Below, in pieces: positions 27,057-36,721 of a stretch of 64,000 nt of DNA (positions are counted from its first letter, which is position 1; each line of letters opens with the position of its first letter). The DNA lies in the NCBI GenBank assembly GCA_963816185.1, contig CAWFJJ010000028.1, positions 96,001 to 160,000 of the forward strand. Direction: 5' to 3'. The stretch is from Thermoanaerobaculia bacterium (GTDB lineage Bacteria; Acidobacteriota; Thermoanaerobaculia; UBA5066). The notes beneath the pieces are model-generated. The model was not told where the DNA came from. It saw nothing but the letters and a program-made list of their open reading frames with translations, and searched no databases. The translations under genes were made by a program, and so were the position numbers.

Positions 27057-29382
27057 ATGCCAAGCACGTGTTTCAAGGGGAGGCGGATCGCGCTCCTGAG
27101 CCGCGCGTGCAGCAGTCCTGTCTTCGCCATGGCCTTGCTCGTCGGCCTTCCGTCGGCCGCGGTTCGCGCCGCCGAGAATCCCTATTCCATCCTTCACTCG
27201 TTCCAGGGCGGGGAGAGCAACCCTCTGAATCTGACATCGGATGGCCGTCAGGGCCGACGGCACAGGATTCCAGCGCCTTCACGCGTTTTCCGGCGCGAAT
27301 GACGGCCGCATTCCAGCGTCCACTCTGATTCTCGACGGCTTCGGGCACCTCTTCGGAACGGCGGGCGGTGGTGCTGCGGGCGGCGGTACCCTCTTTTCGA
27401 TCGGTATAGATGGGGGCTTTCAGGTTCTGCACGCGTTTGCGGGTGGCGTGAGCGACGGAAGCTCTCCAGGATCGCTCACCCTGGGCGACTCGGGGACGCT
27501 GTACGGAACGACCGGCGCCGGAGGGTCGTCCGACTTCGGCACGGTCTTCAGGCTCAGGACGGACGGGACTCGCTTCGAGATCCTTCACTCTTTCGCGGGC
27601 GGCGCGAGCGACGGAAGACTCCCGGACGACGTGCTTCTTCTGGACGACTCGGGCAACCTCTACGGCACGACGGGAGCGGGAGGCCAGCCGCCTATCGTTT
27701 CCTTCGGGAGCATCGACGACGGCGCCGGTACTATCTTCCGGATCAAGACGGACGGAACGGGCTACCAGCTCCTTCGGGCGTTTCCGTCCGGCACGAGGTA
27801 CGCGGCCTCTGCCTCTCCCTCTGGTCCCCTCGTCACGGACGGATCAGGGAACCTGTACGGGGTGACATACGGCGGGGGCTCGTCAAACAGCGGGACCGTG
27901 TACCGGATCGGGATGAATGGCTCAGATTTTCTGATCCTCCACTCGTTCTCCGGAGGCTCGATCGACGGCAAGTATCCGGTCGGACGTCTGGCACTCGATC
28001 GACTGGGGAATCTCTTTGGGATGACGCAAGGCGATTCTGCTGGCGTCCCGGCGACCATCTTCACGGTCGGAACGGACGGGACCGGCTTCCAGCTCCTGCA
28101 CACCTTTGGCGATCCGAACGAGGGGCTCTCGCCTGCGGGTTCCCTGATCCTGGATGGCCCAGGAACGCTTTTCGGAGCGATGTCCTACGGAGGCACGACG
28201 AAGGCGGGCACCATCTTCAGCGTCAAGACCGACGGAAGCGTCTTTCGGGTTCGGTATACGTTCGTGGGATTCTTGAACGACGGCAAAAGCCCGGGGGCCG
28301 TGATCTCGGACGGCTCGGGTTACGTCTACGGAGTGTCCTTTGGGGGTCTTTCGGACTCGGGTACCGTCTACAGGATCAGGTCGGATGGCACCGGCTTCCA
28401 GCTTCTGCACTCGTTCGCCGACGAAACGGGTTGGCCGTCTACGCCCCTGATCATGGGCCGCGCGGGGAACCTCTACGGGATGACGAGCGGAAGTCCGTCG
28501 AGCTTCGGCACCATCTTCAAAATGAGGACGGACGGGACCGGCTTCCAGACCCTCCACACCTTCCTCGGTGACCCAAGTGACGGTAACTACCCTGACCGGG
28601 CTCTGGTCCTGGACGACGCGGACAACCTGTACGGGACGACGCCCCGCGGAGGAACTTACGACCTGGGCACCATCTTCACGCTGAAGGCGGACGGGACCGA
28701 ATACCGGCTTCTTCACTCGTTCGGGTCCGCGCCTGTCTCGAGCGAATGGGGGGGCACGTTGCCTTCTTCCCTGCTCCTGGACGGCTCGGGAGGTCTCCTC
28801 GGGACGACAGCGTTCGCGGGGCCGGGGAACCGCGGCATCGTCTTCAAGCTGAAAACAGACGGCACAGGCTTCGACGTCCTGCACGCGTTCACCGATGGTA
28901 CGGACGATGGATCGGAGCCGCTGAGCTCACTCACCGTGGACGGGGCTGGGAACATATATGGAACCACGAGCCTCGGCGGTTCGTCGAACGCCGGCACCCT
29001 CTTCAAGATGAAGACTGACGGGACGAGCTTTCAGCTGCTGCACTCGTTCGCCTACACCAGCGACGGGTCCATCCCCAGTGTGCCGGTGATCCTGGACGGG
29101 CGCGGCAACCTCTACGGAACGGCATGGACCGGGGGACCGTCAGGCCTCGGAACAGTCTTCACGGTGAGAGCGGACGGGACCGGCTTTCAGATCCTGCACG
29201 CGTTCGGTGGCGACGAGAGCGACGGACAGAATCCGGTCTCGCTTTTCCTGGAATCAGGGACCCTTTTTGGAACGACATCGGGTGGAGGCGCTGGCGGCCT
29301 CGGCACCGTATTCGCACTTGGAGTTGGCGTGCATCGCGGGGTCGTCACGCCCGGGCCTTTCGTCCCAGTGAGGAAACGATGA
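27057..29382 (+). pseudogene. Secreted beta-propeller repeat protein (choice-of-anchor GloVer-like), broken out of frame near 27245
   Basis: About 14 repeats of GTxFxxxTDGTGFxxLHxF...P...GNLYGTT. The signal peptide lies in ORF 27057 and the body in ORF 27241, a different frame. Confidence 0.75.
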
Positions 29383-29405
29383 ATCCGCCTCGCGCTCGGC
29401 AACTC

Positions 29406-29822
29406 TCACCCGGGTTCCCACGGGTCGAGGATTTCGAGCCCGGGGAAGGAGTAGTCCGCTCGGTTGCGGGTGACGAGCCGCAGCCCGTGGACGAGCGCGG
29501 TCGCCGCGATGAGCGAGTCGACGGCGGGTACTGTTCGGCCCGCTGCTGCGACGAGCCTACCCCACTGGTCCGCGACCGCGGTGTCGACGGGAAGAATGCG
29601 ACCCTCGAACCAGGCGGGAATCTCCGACTCGAGCCAGTCACGGAGGCTGTCTTTTCGCGCTCCACTATGGAGCTTTTCTATCCCTTTCCTGATCTCACCG
29701 AGTGTGAGCACGCTGACGAAGAGAGAGAGTCCTCCGGCTGACTTGAGCCAGCGAACGACACCCTCATCCGGCCGCGGACGAGTCGCCTCGGAGATGACGT
29801 TCGTGTCTACCAGGAAGCTCAT
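29406..29822 (-). CDS. vapC: VapC PIN-domain toxin
   Basis: FLVDTNVISE, TLGEIRKGI, DSLIAATA and LVTRN motifs. Confidence 0.94.
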   Translation of the reverse strand: MSFLVDTNVISEATRPRPDEGVVRWLKSAGGLSLFVSVLTLGEIRKGIEKLHSGARKDSLRDWLESEIPAWFEGRILPVDTAVADQWGRLVAAAGRTVPAVDSLIAATALVHGLRLVTRNRADYSFPGLEILDPWEPG

Positions 29823-30067
29823 AGCTCGATATCGCGCGCGGGCGACTTGTCGCGCTCGAGATCGAGATCCGCTCCGACGAGCGGAGACCTCCTAAGAAAC
29901 TCGTAGAGAGAAAGCTGTTTCCTTTTCTTCAGCCGCTCGTACTCGGCGATCGAAAGCACGACGGCCGCCGGCTCACCGCGGACGCTGATCTCCTGCGGCG
30001 CCTCTCGGGCCGACTTGACGACTTCGCTGAGCCGGGCCTTCGCTTCCTGGAGCTGCCAACGTCGCAT
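29819..30067 (-). CDS. Phd/YefM family antitoxin
   Basis: WQLQEAKARLSEVV...PQEISVRGEPAAVVLS...FLRRSPL. Confidence 0.92.
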   Translation of the reverse strand: MRRWQLQEAKARLSEVVKSAREAPQEISVRGEPAAVVLSIAEYERLKKRKQLSLYEFLRRSPLVGADLDLERDKSPARDIEL

Positions 30068-30073
30068 GGGGGA

Positions 30074-30100
30074 CCTCCGACTAGTCCGTCTAGTCAGAGG
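30074..30100. promoter_or_regulatory. Palindromic operator upstream of TA pair 2
   Basis: CCTCCGACTAG-TCCGT-CTAGTCAGAGG, an 11-bp inverted repeat with one mismatch, directly before the antitoxin start. Confidence 0.6.
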
Positions 30101-30133
30101 CTATCTCCCGCAAAGGGCGGCGTCAATTCCTCG

Positions 30134-30487
30134 TCAACCGACGCCCTTCTTCGCGTCTTCGCTCGCACCTGGCAGCAGGCCGTGCAGGTCGCAGTGGCCG
30201 GCGTGCGGGTGGTGGAGGGCGCCCGCGACGTCGTAATCCACGTGGTCGCCGTGGGGCACTCCCTCGTGCCCGCAGGTGGGCCCGTGCGTCTCCCCGCACT
30301 CGACGGGCGCGCAACAGCCCGGGCGCGTGTGATCCACCTCGAGCCGGTGCTCGTCGAGGTGGCCCTCATGGGGTGCGTGCAGGTGTCCGTCGTGGAGATA
30401 GTCCGCGTGGTCGCCGTGGCGCACGGCCTTGTGGCCGCAGCTCGGCCCGTGCTCGTGTTCGTGGCGGTGGTGCTCACGGCAGGGCAC
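30134..30487 (-). CDS. His/Cys-rich putative metal-binding protein
   Basis: Two copies of HGPxCGHxxVxHGDHxDY. GGAGG lies before the GTG start. Divergent from the metal ABC genes. Confidence 0.8.
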   Translation of the reverse strand: MPCREHHRHEHEHGPSCGHKAVRHGDHADYLHDGHLHAPHEGHLDEHRLEVDHTRPGCCAPVECGETHGPTCGHEGVPHGDHVDYDVAGALHHPHAGHCDLHGLLPGASEDAKKGVG

Positions 30488-30554
30488 GACAGGCCTCCCC
30501 GCATATCCTCGCGCGCCGGAACGCGCGGGTCAACCGTGGGATAATTTTTTTCGG

Positions 30555-31436
30555 ATGCAGAAATTCTCGCGGGTTCTGCTCGCCGTCTGCCTCGGCGCGG
30601 CGGCGGCGCGGGGAGAGCCCGCTTCGGGACGGTGGGTGGCGGCGGCGACGATCGCTCCCCTCGCGAGCCTCGCGGCGACGGTCGCGGGGCCGGGCTGGGA
30701 GGTCCGGACCGTCATTCCGCCGGGCGTGTCTCCCCACGTCTTCGAGCCGGCACCGCGCGACGTCAAGCGCTTCGCCCCGGCTCGCCTCCTCGTCACCGTG
30801 GGCGCGGGCTACGACGACTGGGCCGGAAAGCTCGTCGCCGCGTGCGCGTCGCGTGCCCTGATCCACGACGCTGGAGCCTCCGTGGGAATCCTTGCGGGCG
30901 GGGAGGAGCACGAAGGCGAGATCGGGCGCGATCCGCACTGGTGGCTGTCTCCGAAGCTCGCCGGGCGCTCGCTCGCGCCGCTGGCGGAGAGTTTCGCGAC
31001 CCTCGATCCGGGCGGAGCGGCCGGCTATCGGAGGCGTGCCCGCGACGAACAGGCCGCGCTTCTCGCTCTCGAGGGCGAGCTGTCCGCGCTGCTCGCTCCG
31101 GTGAAGGGACGGCCGATCGTCGCCGCGCACAACTCGTGGGCGTACTTCGCGGCCGACTTCGGCCTCGAGAACGGCGGCGCGATCGAGACGGTGCCGGGCC
31201 GCGAGCCGACTCCACGAGACATCAAGAGGCTTCTGGACCTCATCCGGGTCCGCGACGTCCGGGTCGTCTTCGCAGAACCGCAATTCCCGCTGCCTGCCGC
31301 GCGCATCCTGGCCTCTTACGCGGGAATTCGTGTCGCCCTCGTGGATCCGATCGGAGGGGTACCGGGACGCCTGGACTATATCGCCACCTTGTTGTTCGAC
31401 GCGCACGCATTCCGCGACGGCCTCGGCACGCCATGA
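30555..31436 (+). CDS. Zn/Mn ABC transporter substrate-binding protein (ZnuA family)
   Basis: Signal peptide, SPHVFEP, DPHWWLSP, HNSWAYF and FAEPQ motifs. Confidence 0.92.
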   Translation: MQKFSRVLLAVCLGAAAARGEPASGRWVAAATIAPLASLAATVAGPGWEVRTVIPPGVSPHVFEPAPRDVKRFAPARLLVTVGAGYDDWAGKLVAACASRALIHDAGASVGILAGGEEHEGEIGRDPHWWLSPKLAGRSLAPLAESFATLDPGGAAGYRRRARDEQAALLALEGELSALLAPVKGRPIVAAHNSWAYFAADFGLENGGAIETVPGREPTPRDIKRLLDLIRVRDVRVVFAEPQFPLPAARILASYAGIRVALVDPIGGVPGRLDYIATLLFDAHAFRDGLGTP

Positions 31437-32110
31437 GCGTCGGCGCGCGCTTCGAGGGCGTGGGTGTGACGTTCGGAGGCAGGCCGGTCGTCGAGGGAGC
31501 CGCCTTCGAAATCCGCCCGGGCGAGCGCACGGCGATCCTCGGGCCGAACGGCGGTGGCAAGACGACGCTCATGCGCGTTCTCCTTGGACTTCTCGAGCCG
31601 GATCGGGGCCGAGTCGTCTTCCTCGAGAACGGCCGGGACATCGCGCGCCCGCGCATCGGCTACCTCTCGCAGCGCTCGACGCTCACCGCGGATGCGCCGC
31701 TGTCGGGATGCGACCTCGTCGCTCTGACCCTCGCGCCCGCCGCCGGCTTTCGGCGGCTTCGCGGAGTTCGGGAAGAGGCGCACGCGGCGCTGACGCGCGC
31801 GGGACTCCCTCGCGACAAGGTGGATCTGCCGGTCGGGCGCCTTTCGGGAGGACAGCGCCAGAGGGTCCTTCTCGCGCGTGCGATCGCCGGCGCGCCGCCT
31901 CTTCTCGTCCTCGACGAGCCCGACACGGCTCTCGACGCCGAAGGTCTCGCGACCCTCCGGCGGCTCGTGGCCGAGGAGATCGCCGCGGGACGGACGGTCG
32001 TCTACGTCACGCACGACAGCGACGCGATGGGCGGAGCCGACGCGGCCTTTCACGTCGACGGCCGGGTGAGCGCCGGCTTCGCCGCGCACGTTCACGGGGC
32101 GGCGCCGTGA
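31433..32110 (+). CDS. Zn/Mn ABC transporter ATPase (ZnuC family)
   Basis: GPNGGGKTT, IGYLSQ, LSGGQRQRVLLARA and LDEP motifs. Confidence 0.9.
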   Translation: MSVGARFEGVGVTFGGRPVVEGAAFEIRPGERTAILGPNGGGKTTLMRVLLGLLEPDRGRVVFLENGRDIARPRIGYLSQRSTLTADAPLSGCDLVALTLAPAAGFRRLRGVREEAHAALTRAGLPRDKVDLPVGRLSGGQRQRVLLARAIAGAPPLLVLDEPDTALDAEGLATLRRLVAEEIAAGRTVVYVTHDSDAMGGADAAFHVDGRVSAGFAAHVHGAAP

Positions 32111-32916
32111 TCGAATTCCTCGCCTATCCGTTCTTCCAGCGGGCGCTCCTCGCCGGAGCGCTGACGGGGCTCCTCTGCGGCGCGCTCTCATTTTTCGTCG
32201 TGCTCAGGCGTCTCGCGTTCGTCGGCTCGGGCGTCGCACACGCGGCGTTCGGCGGCGTGGCGCTTGCCACGCTCCTCGGGTTTTCGCCCGGCCTCGGCGG
32301 CCTCGCCGTTTCGCTCGCAGTCGCAGGCGCGACGGCAAGGGCCTCGGAGTCGTCGGGCGTCTCGGAGGACACGGCGGTCGGCGTCTTTACGGTGGCGGCC
32401 ATGGCCGGGGGCGTCGTCGCGCTCGGCTTCGTCAAGGCGAACGTCGACCTTTTCGGCCTCATGTTCGGCAACATCCTGACCGTCGATCCGGAGGACCTCT
32501 TGCTCCTCGCCGGAGCCGCCGCGGGCATTCTCGTGGCGCTCGCATTCTTCTTCCGGCCGCTGCTCCTCGCGTCGGTCGACGAGGAAGGCGCTCGGGTCGC
32601 CGGCGTCGGGACGGGCGCCATGCGGCTTCTCGTTCTCGTCCTCATCGCCGTCGCCGTCGTGGCGGCGCTGAAGGTCGTTGGAATCCTTCTCGTCTCGGCT
32701 CTCCTCGTGCTGCCGGGCGCCACGGCACGCCCGCTCGCGAGCCGCTGGCCCGGCTTCCTGGGAGGTTCGATCGCCGTCGCGCTCACGTCGGTTGTTGGAG
32801 GGCTGCTTCTTTCCGTGGCGCTCGACATCGCCTCGGGCGCCGCGATCATCCTGCTCGGAACCTGCCTCTTCGTGGCGGCGATCGCGGCCACGCGGCTTCG
32901 CGCCCGGCGCGTCTGA
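32107..32916 (+). CDS. Zn/Mn ABC transporter permease (ZnuB family)
   Basis: FFQRALLAG, AHAAFGGVA, LMFGNIL and KVVGILLVSALL motifs. Confidence 0.92.
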   Translation: MIEFLAYPFFQRALLAGALTGLLCGALSFFVVLRRLAFVGSGVAHAAFGGVALATLLGFSPGLGGLAVSLAVAGATARASESSGVSEDTAVGVFTVAAMAGGVVALGFVKANVDLFGLMFGNILTVDPEDLLLLAGAAAGILVALAFFFRPLLLASVDEEGARVAGVGTGAMRLLVLVLIAVAVVAALKVVGILLVSALLVLPGATARPLASRWPGFLGGSIAVALTSVVGGLLLSVALDIASGAAIILLGTCLFVAAIAATRLRARRV

Positions 32917-32937
32917 GTTCTAGGGTATCTTTCGCGC

Positions 32938-33708
32938 ATGGCTCCGCTACCCAACAAGCTCGTCCTCGTCCGCCACGGCGAGAGCACCTGGAATCTGGAG
33001 AATCGCTTCACCGGGTGGGTGGACGTGGGCCTCTCGGCGAAGGGCGTCGAGGAGGCCCGGGCCGGCGGGAGGCTGCTGAAGACTGAGGGCTTTCGTTTCG
33101 ACCGCGTCTTCACGTCGCTTCTGACGCGGGCGATCCTGACCGCCCAGATCGTCCTCGAGGAGCTCGACCAGCTCTGGCTGCCCGTCGAGCGTTCGTGGCG
33201 CTTGAACGAGCGGCACTACGGCGCGCTGACCGGCCTCAACAAGAAAGAGACGGGGCGGAAGTACGGGGATGAGCAGCTCCATCAGTGGCGGCGCGGATAC
33301 GCGGTCCTTCCGCCCGCGCTCGACGAAGACGATCCGCGGCACCCGCGTTTCGACCCGCGTTACAGGACGCTGCCTCCCGAGCTGCTTCCGCGGACCGAGA
33401 GCCTCGAGAGGGTCGTGGCCCGCACGCTCCCGTATTGGTACGACGCGATCGTGCCGCGCCTCGCGGCCGGGGAACAGGTGCTCGTGGCGGCGCATGGCAA
33501 CAGCCTGCGCGCCCTCGTGAAGCATCTCGACGCGATCTCCGACGACGACATCGCCGCTCTCAACATCCCGACCGGAATCCCGCTCGTCTACACGCTCGAC
33601 TCCGCATTTCATCGTGTCTCGAGCGTGTACCTCGGCGATCCCGAGGCCGCGAGGAAGGCCGCCGAAGCGGTCGCGAAGCAGGCGAGCGCGGGCCCGAGCG
33701 GCGCGTAG
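32938..33708 (+). CDS. gpmA: 2,3-BPG-dependent phosphoglycerate mutase
   Basis: [28 protein letters not shown] and LNIPTG motifs. Confidence 0.97.
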   Translation: MAPLPNKLVLVRHGESTWNLENRFTGWVDVGLSAKGVEEARAGGRLLKTEGFRFDRVFTSLLTRAILTAQIVLEELDQLWLPVERSWRLNERHYGALTGLNKKETGRKYGDEQLHQWRRGYAVLPPALDEDDPRHPRFDPRYRTLPPELLPRTESLERVVARTLPYWYDAIVPRLAAGEQVLVAAHGNSLRALVKHLDAISDDDIAALNIPTGIPLVYTLDSAFHRVSSVYLGDPEAARKAAEAVAKQASAGPSGA

Positions 33709-33873
33709 AGAAGACACCTAGGAAATCTTGCTCTTCGTATTTCCCTTTTGACCATTGGTCGTTGGCATGTCGTCACAACAGGCGGACGGCGCTGTGTGAC
33801 CCGTGTCATCTCGCGTTGCTCTCGTGGGACGCGTGGAGTGACCGGGAACACCGAACGCGTGCGAGTTCGCGAC

Positions 33874-33889
33874 TGGCACCTTCGTTGCT
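33874..33889 (+). promoter_or_regulatory. Sigma-54 (-24/-12) promoter candidate
   Basis: TGGCAC-CTTCG-TTGCT with the canonical GG-N10-GC spacing, about 25 bp before the ATG at 33915. Confidence 0.7.
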
Positions 33890-33914
33890 CCACAGGAGAG
33901 CGGAGGTACGGTTC

Positions 33915-34322
33915 ATGAATCTTTCTAGAGCCTTCTCGAAGAGCACACCGATCCTCGCCGTCGTCGCGCTCGCGGCGTTCATCACGTCGTGCAGCAAGTC
34001 GTCCCCGACCGAGCCGACGACGGGAGGAACGATGGCCTCCGCCGGCTCGGTCGTGATCACGTCCGCCGGAGTCTCGCCCAAGACGCAAACCGTCGGGTTC
34101 GGCGCGATGGTCACGATCACGAACAACGACAGCGTGCCGCACGAGTTCGCTTCGAATCCGCACCCGGTCCACACGGATTGCCCCGAGATCAACGCTCCCG
34201 TCCTCCAGACGGGCCAGAGCTTCACGGCGATGATGGCGAGCAAGGCGGAGACCTGCGGCTTCCACGATCACCTGAACCCCACGAACGCCGCGTTCCAGGG
34301 CACGATCTTCGTCGCGAAGTAG
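33915..34322 (+). CDS. Cupredoxin-fold lipoprotein
   Basis: Lipobox-like ITSC, then VTITNNDSVPH...HPVHTDCPEIN...CGFHDHL...GTIFV. GGAGG RBS. Confidence 0.72.
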   Translation: MNLSRAFSKSTPILAVVALAAFITSCSKSSPTEPTTGGTMASAGSVVITSAGVSPKTQTVGFGAMVTITNNDSVPHEFASNPHPVHTDCPEINAPVLQTGQSFTAMMASKAETCGFHDHLNPTNAAFQGTIFVAK

Positions 34323-34454
34323 GGATCGGCTGACGGGCCGCTCGCGGGCATACTAGGCCTCCCGCCGTGTCCCGGCTGACGGGCCGGCGGGGGTCGATAT
34401 GGCTCGCGTCCGCACCGTTACAGCGTCGCTCGAGATCCTCGTGCCGGGGACGCG

Positions 34455-35651
34455 CTGATTCCGCGCGTTCTCTCCCTCGCGGCGCTCGCGGCGACGATCG
34501 CAGTCGCGCAGGGCGAGCGGACTCCTCTCACGCTCCGCGACGCCCTCGCGCGCGCTGAGGCCGCGCCCGACGTCGTCGTCGCTCGCGCGGCGCAGGCCGT
34601 CGCCGAGCGCGGAATCGACGTCGTCCGGGCGCCCGGGTCTCCGACGCTCACCGCCGGGACGCACACGGAGGCCGCGCGTCTCGCGCTCGCCCTTGCCGTC
34701 CCCGTGCGCTGGGGCAGCCAGCGGGGAACCGCCCTCGATGTCGCGCGCGCCGAGCGCGACGCGGCAACGGCCGAAACCGCCGCCGCGGTCGACCGTGCGC
34801 GAGAGGCCGTCACGGCCGCGTGGTTCCGCCTCGCGGCCGACGAGGAGCTCGAGAGCATCGCGGCGGCGCGCGTCGCACGGCTGGAGAGGACCGCCTCCGC
34901 CGTGAAGGAGCTCTTCGAGGCGGGCCGCGTTCCGCGCCTCGATGTCGTGCGCACACAGGCCGAGGCGGCGTTTGCGCGCGCCGACGTTTTCACGGCCTCG
35001 GCGGAGCGCCGCGCGGCGGCAGCGGCCCTCGCCCTGCTGGTGAGCTCGGAGCCGGGGACCGATCTTTCGGCCGCGGGCGAGCGACCCGCGCCCGCGCCTC
35101 TCCCCGGCCTCTCGTCGCTCCAGGCGCGCGCCGCGAACGCGGCCGATGTTCGGGCCGCCGACGCGCGGAGCCGGGCCGCCGCCGCCCGGATCGAGAGGGC
35201 GAAGCGGGAGGGCCTGCCCGCGCTCACGCTCGAAGGCGGAGTGGACGTGAACGACCCGACGATCGAAGGAACCGACAAGCACGTCTCTCTGGGTCTGACG
35301 ATTCCGGTCGGTGCACACGCTACGGTCGCCGTCACGAGCGCGGAGCGCGAGCGTGCCGCCGCGGAGCGGTCGCGGCTGGTCCGTTCGCTCGAGGCGGAAA
35401 TCGTCGCGGGATGGAACCGGACGGAGGCCGCCCGGCGACGGCTCGAGGCGCTCGACACGGCAACCCTTCCGGCGGCCCGGGAGGCTGCCGACCTCGCGGG
35501 TATCGCGTACCGGGAGGGCCGACTGGACCTCCTTCGGCTGCTCGAGAGCGAACGTGCCCTTCTCGAGGCGCGCGTGGGCCGCGTGGAGACATGGGTGTCC
35601 TGGGGAACGGAACGTGCGAGCCTCGAACGGCTCGTGGGAGGGAAGCTTTGA
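34455..35651 (+). CDS. TolC family outer-membrane efflux protein
   Basis: LFEAGRVPRLDVVR and AYREGRLDLLRLLE motifs. The frame is open from CTG 34455 with a signal peptide (IPRVLSLAALAATIAVAQG). Confidence 0.82.
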   Translation: MIPRVLSLAALAATIAVAQGERTPLTLRDALARAEAAPDVVVARAAQAVAERGIDVVRAPGSPTLTAGTHTEAARLALALAVPVRWGSQRGTALDVARAERDAATAETAAAVDRAREAVTAAWFRLAADEELESIAAARVARLERTASAVKELFEAGRVPRLDVVRTQAEAAFARADVFTASAERRAAAAALALLVSSEPGTDLSAAGERPAPAPLPGLSSLQARAANAADVRAADARSRAAAARIERAKREGLPALTLEGGVDVNDPTIEGTDKHVSLGLTIPVGAHATVAVTSAERERAAAERSRLVRSLEAEIVAGWNRTEAARRRLEALDTATLPAAREAADLAGIAYREGRLDLLRLLESERALLEARVGRVETWVSWGTERASLERLVGGKL

Positions 35652-36721
35652 GATTCCGGACGTGGGCCTCGCTCCTCGCGATCGCCGTGCTCGGGGGCTG
35701 CGGCGCCCCTGACGCCGGCGAGCCTGCCGCGCGGACTGTCAAGGTCCGCGTCGCGCAAGCGGCTCCGCACGATTTCGAGGTTCGCCTTCGGGTCGCGGGG
35801 CGCGTCGTCCCGCCCGTGGACCGACAGGCGTCCGTCTCGGCGCCGGTCGCGGGCCGCATCCAGGAGGTCACGGCCCGCGAGGGGCAGCGCGTGCGGAAGG
35901 ACGAGGTCCTTGCGCGCGTCGACGCGCGCCCCCTCGACGAGGCTGTCCGCTCCGCCGAGGCCGCGTTGAAGCGCACCGAGGCCGACGCCGCGTTCAAGCG
36001 GGACGTCGCGAAGCGGTCTCGGGACCTTTATGAGAAAGGCGTCGTCGCGCGCCAGGAGGCGGACGCGGACACCTCGGCCGCCGTCGCGGCCGAGGCCGCG
36101 GTCGTCGAGGCGACGTCGGCCCTGTCGGCCGCGCGGCGAAACCGCGAGTGGGCCGAGCTGGCGGCGCCGTTCGACGGCGTCGTGGTGCGCATCCTGCGCC
36201 ATCCCGGTGAGCAGGTGGACGGCACCGCCGCGACGCCTATCGTCGAGGTCGCCGGGCTCGACCCGCTCGAGGTCTCGCTCGACGTGCCCCCCGAGGCTCT
36301 CGCGCGCCTGCACGTCGGCGACCAGGCGGAGGTCACTGCGGGCTCCGGCGCCCCGCTCGGGGCCCGTGTCACACGGGTCGCGGGCGCGCTCGACGCGGCC
36401 TCCCTCGTCGGTGGCGTCCGCCTTCGCTTCACGGGTCCCATGCCGCCGCTGGCGCTCGGAACCCCGGTCGACGTGCGCCTCACGCTCGAGCGCCTTCCGG
36501 GTGCCGTCGCCGTTCCGAAGCGGGCCGTGCGGCGGAGCGCGGAGGGCGCACCCGAGGTCGTGGCTGTCGTCGGCGGCAGGGCGAAGGCGACGCCCGTGAC
36601 GCTCGGGCCCGAGGAAGAGGGGCTCGTCGCGGTCCGATCGGGGCTGAAGGCGGGAGATGTCGTCGTCGTCGAGGATCCCCTCGGCCTCGCGGACGGCGTC
36701 CCGCTGGAGATCGCGCGTTGA
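35648..36721 (+). CDS. RND periplasmic adaptor (membrane fusion protein)
   Basis: Lipobox [22 protein letters not shown] and [10 protein letters not shown] motifs. TTGA overlap. Confidence 0.88.
   Translation: MRFRTWASLLAIAVLGGCGAPDAGEPAARTVKVRVAQAAPHDFEVRLRVAGRVVPPVDRQASVSAPVAGRIQEVTAREGQRVRKDEVLARVDARPLDEAVRSAEAALKRTEADAAFKRDVAKRSRDLYEKGVVARQEADADTSAAVAAEAAVVEATSALSAARRNREWAELAAPFDGVVVRILRHPGEQVDGTAATPIVEVAGLDPLEVSLDVPPEALARLHVGDQAEVTAGSGAPLGARVTRVAGALDAASLVGGVRLRFTGPMPPLALGTPVDVRLTLERLPGAVAVPKRAVRRSAEGAPEVVAVVGGRAKATPVTLGPEEEGLVAVRSGLKAGDVVVVEDPLGLADGVPLEIAR

Noticed and set aside
30488-30554. Zur/Fur box between the His-rich gene and the ZnuA-like gene
   Set aside because: Only a short AT patch (GATAATTTTTTT) is present, with no convincing palindrome.
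33715-33748. CACCTAGGAAATCTTGCTCTTC as another copy of the dispersed repeat arm
   Set aside because: It lacks the TTC-N3-GAA core and has no partner arm, so it is too degenerate to call by eye.
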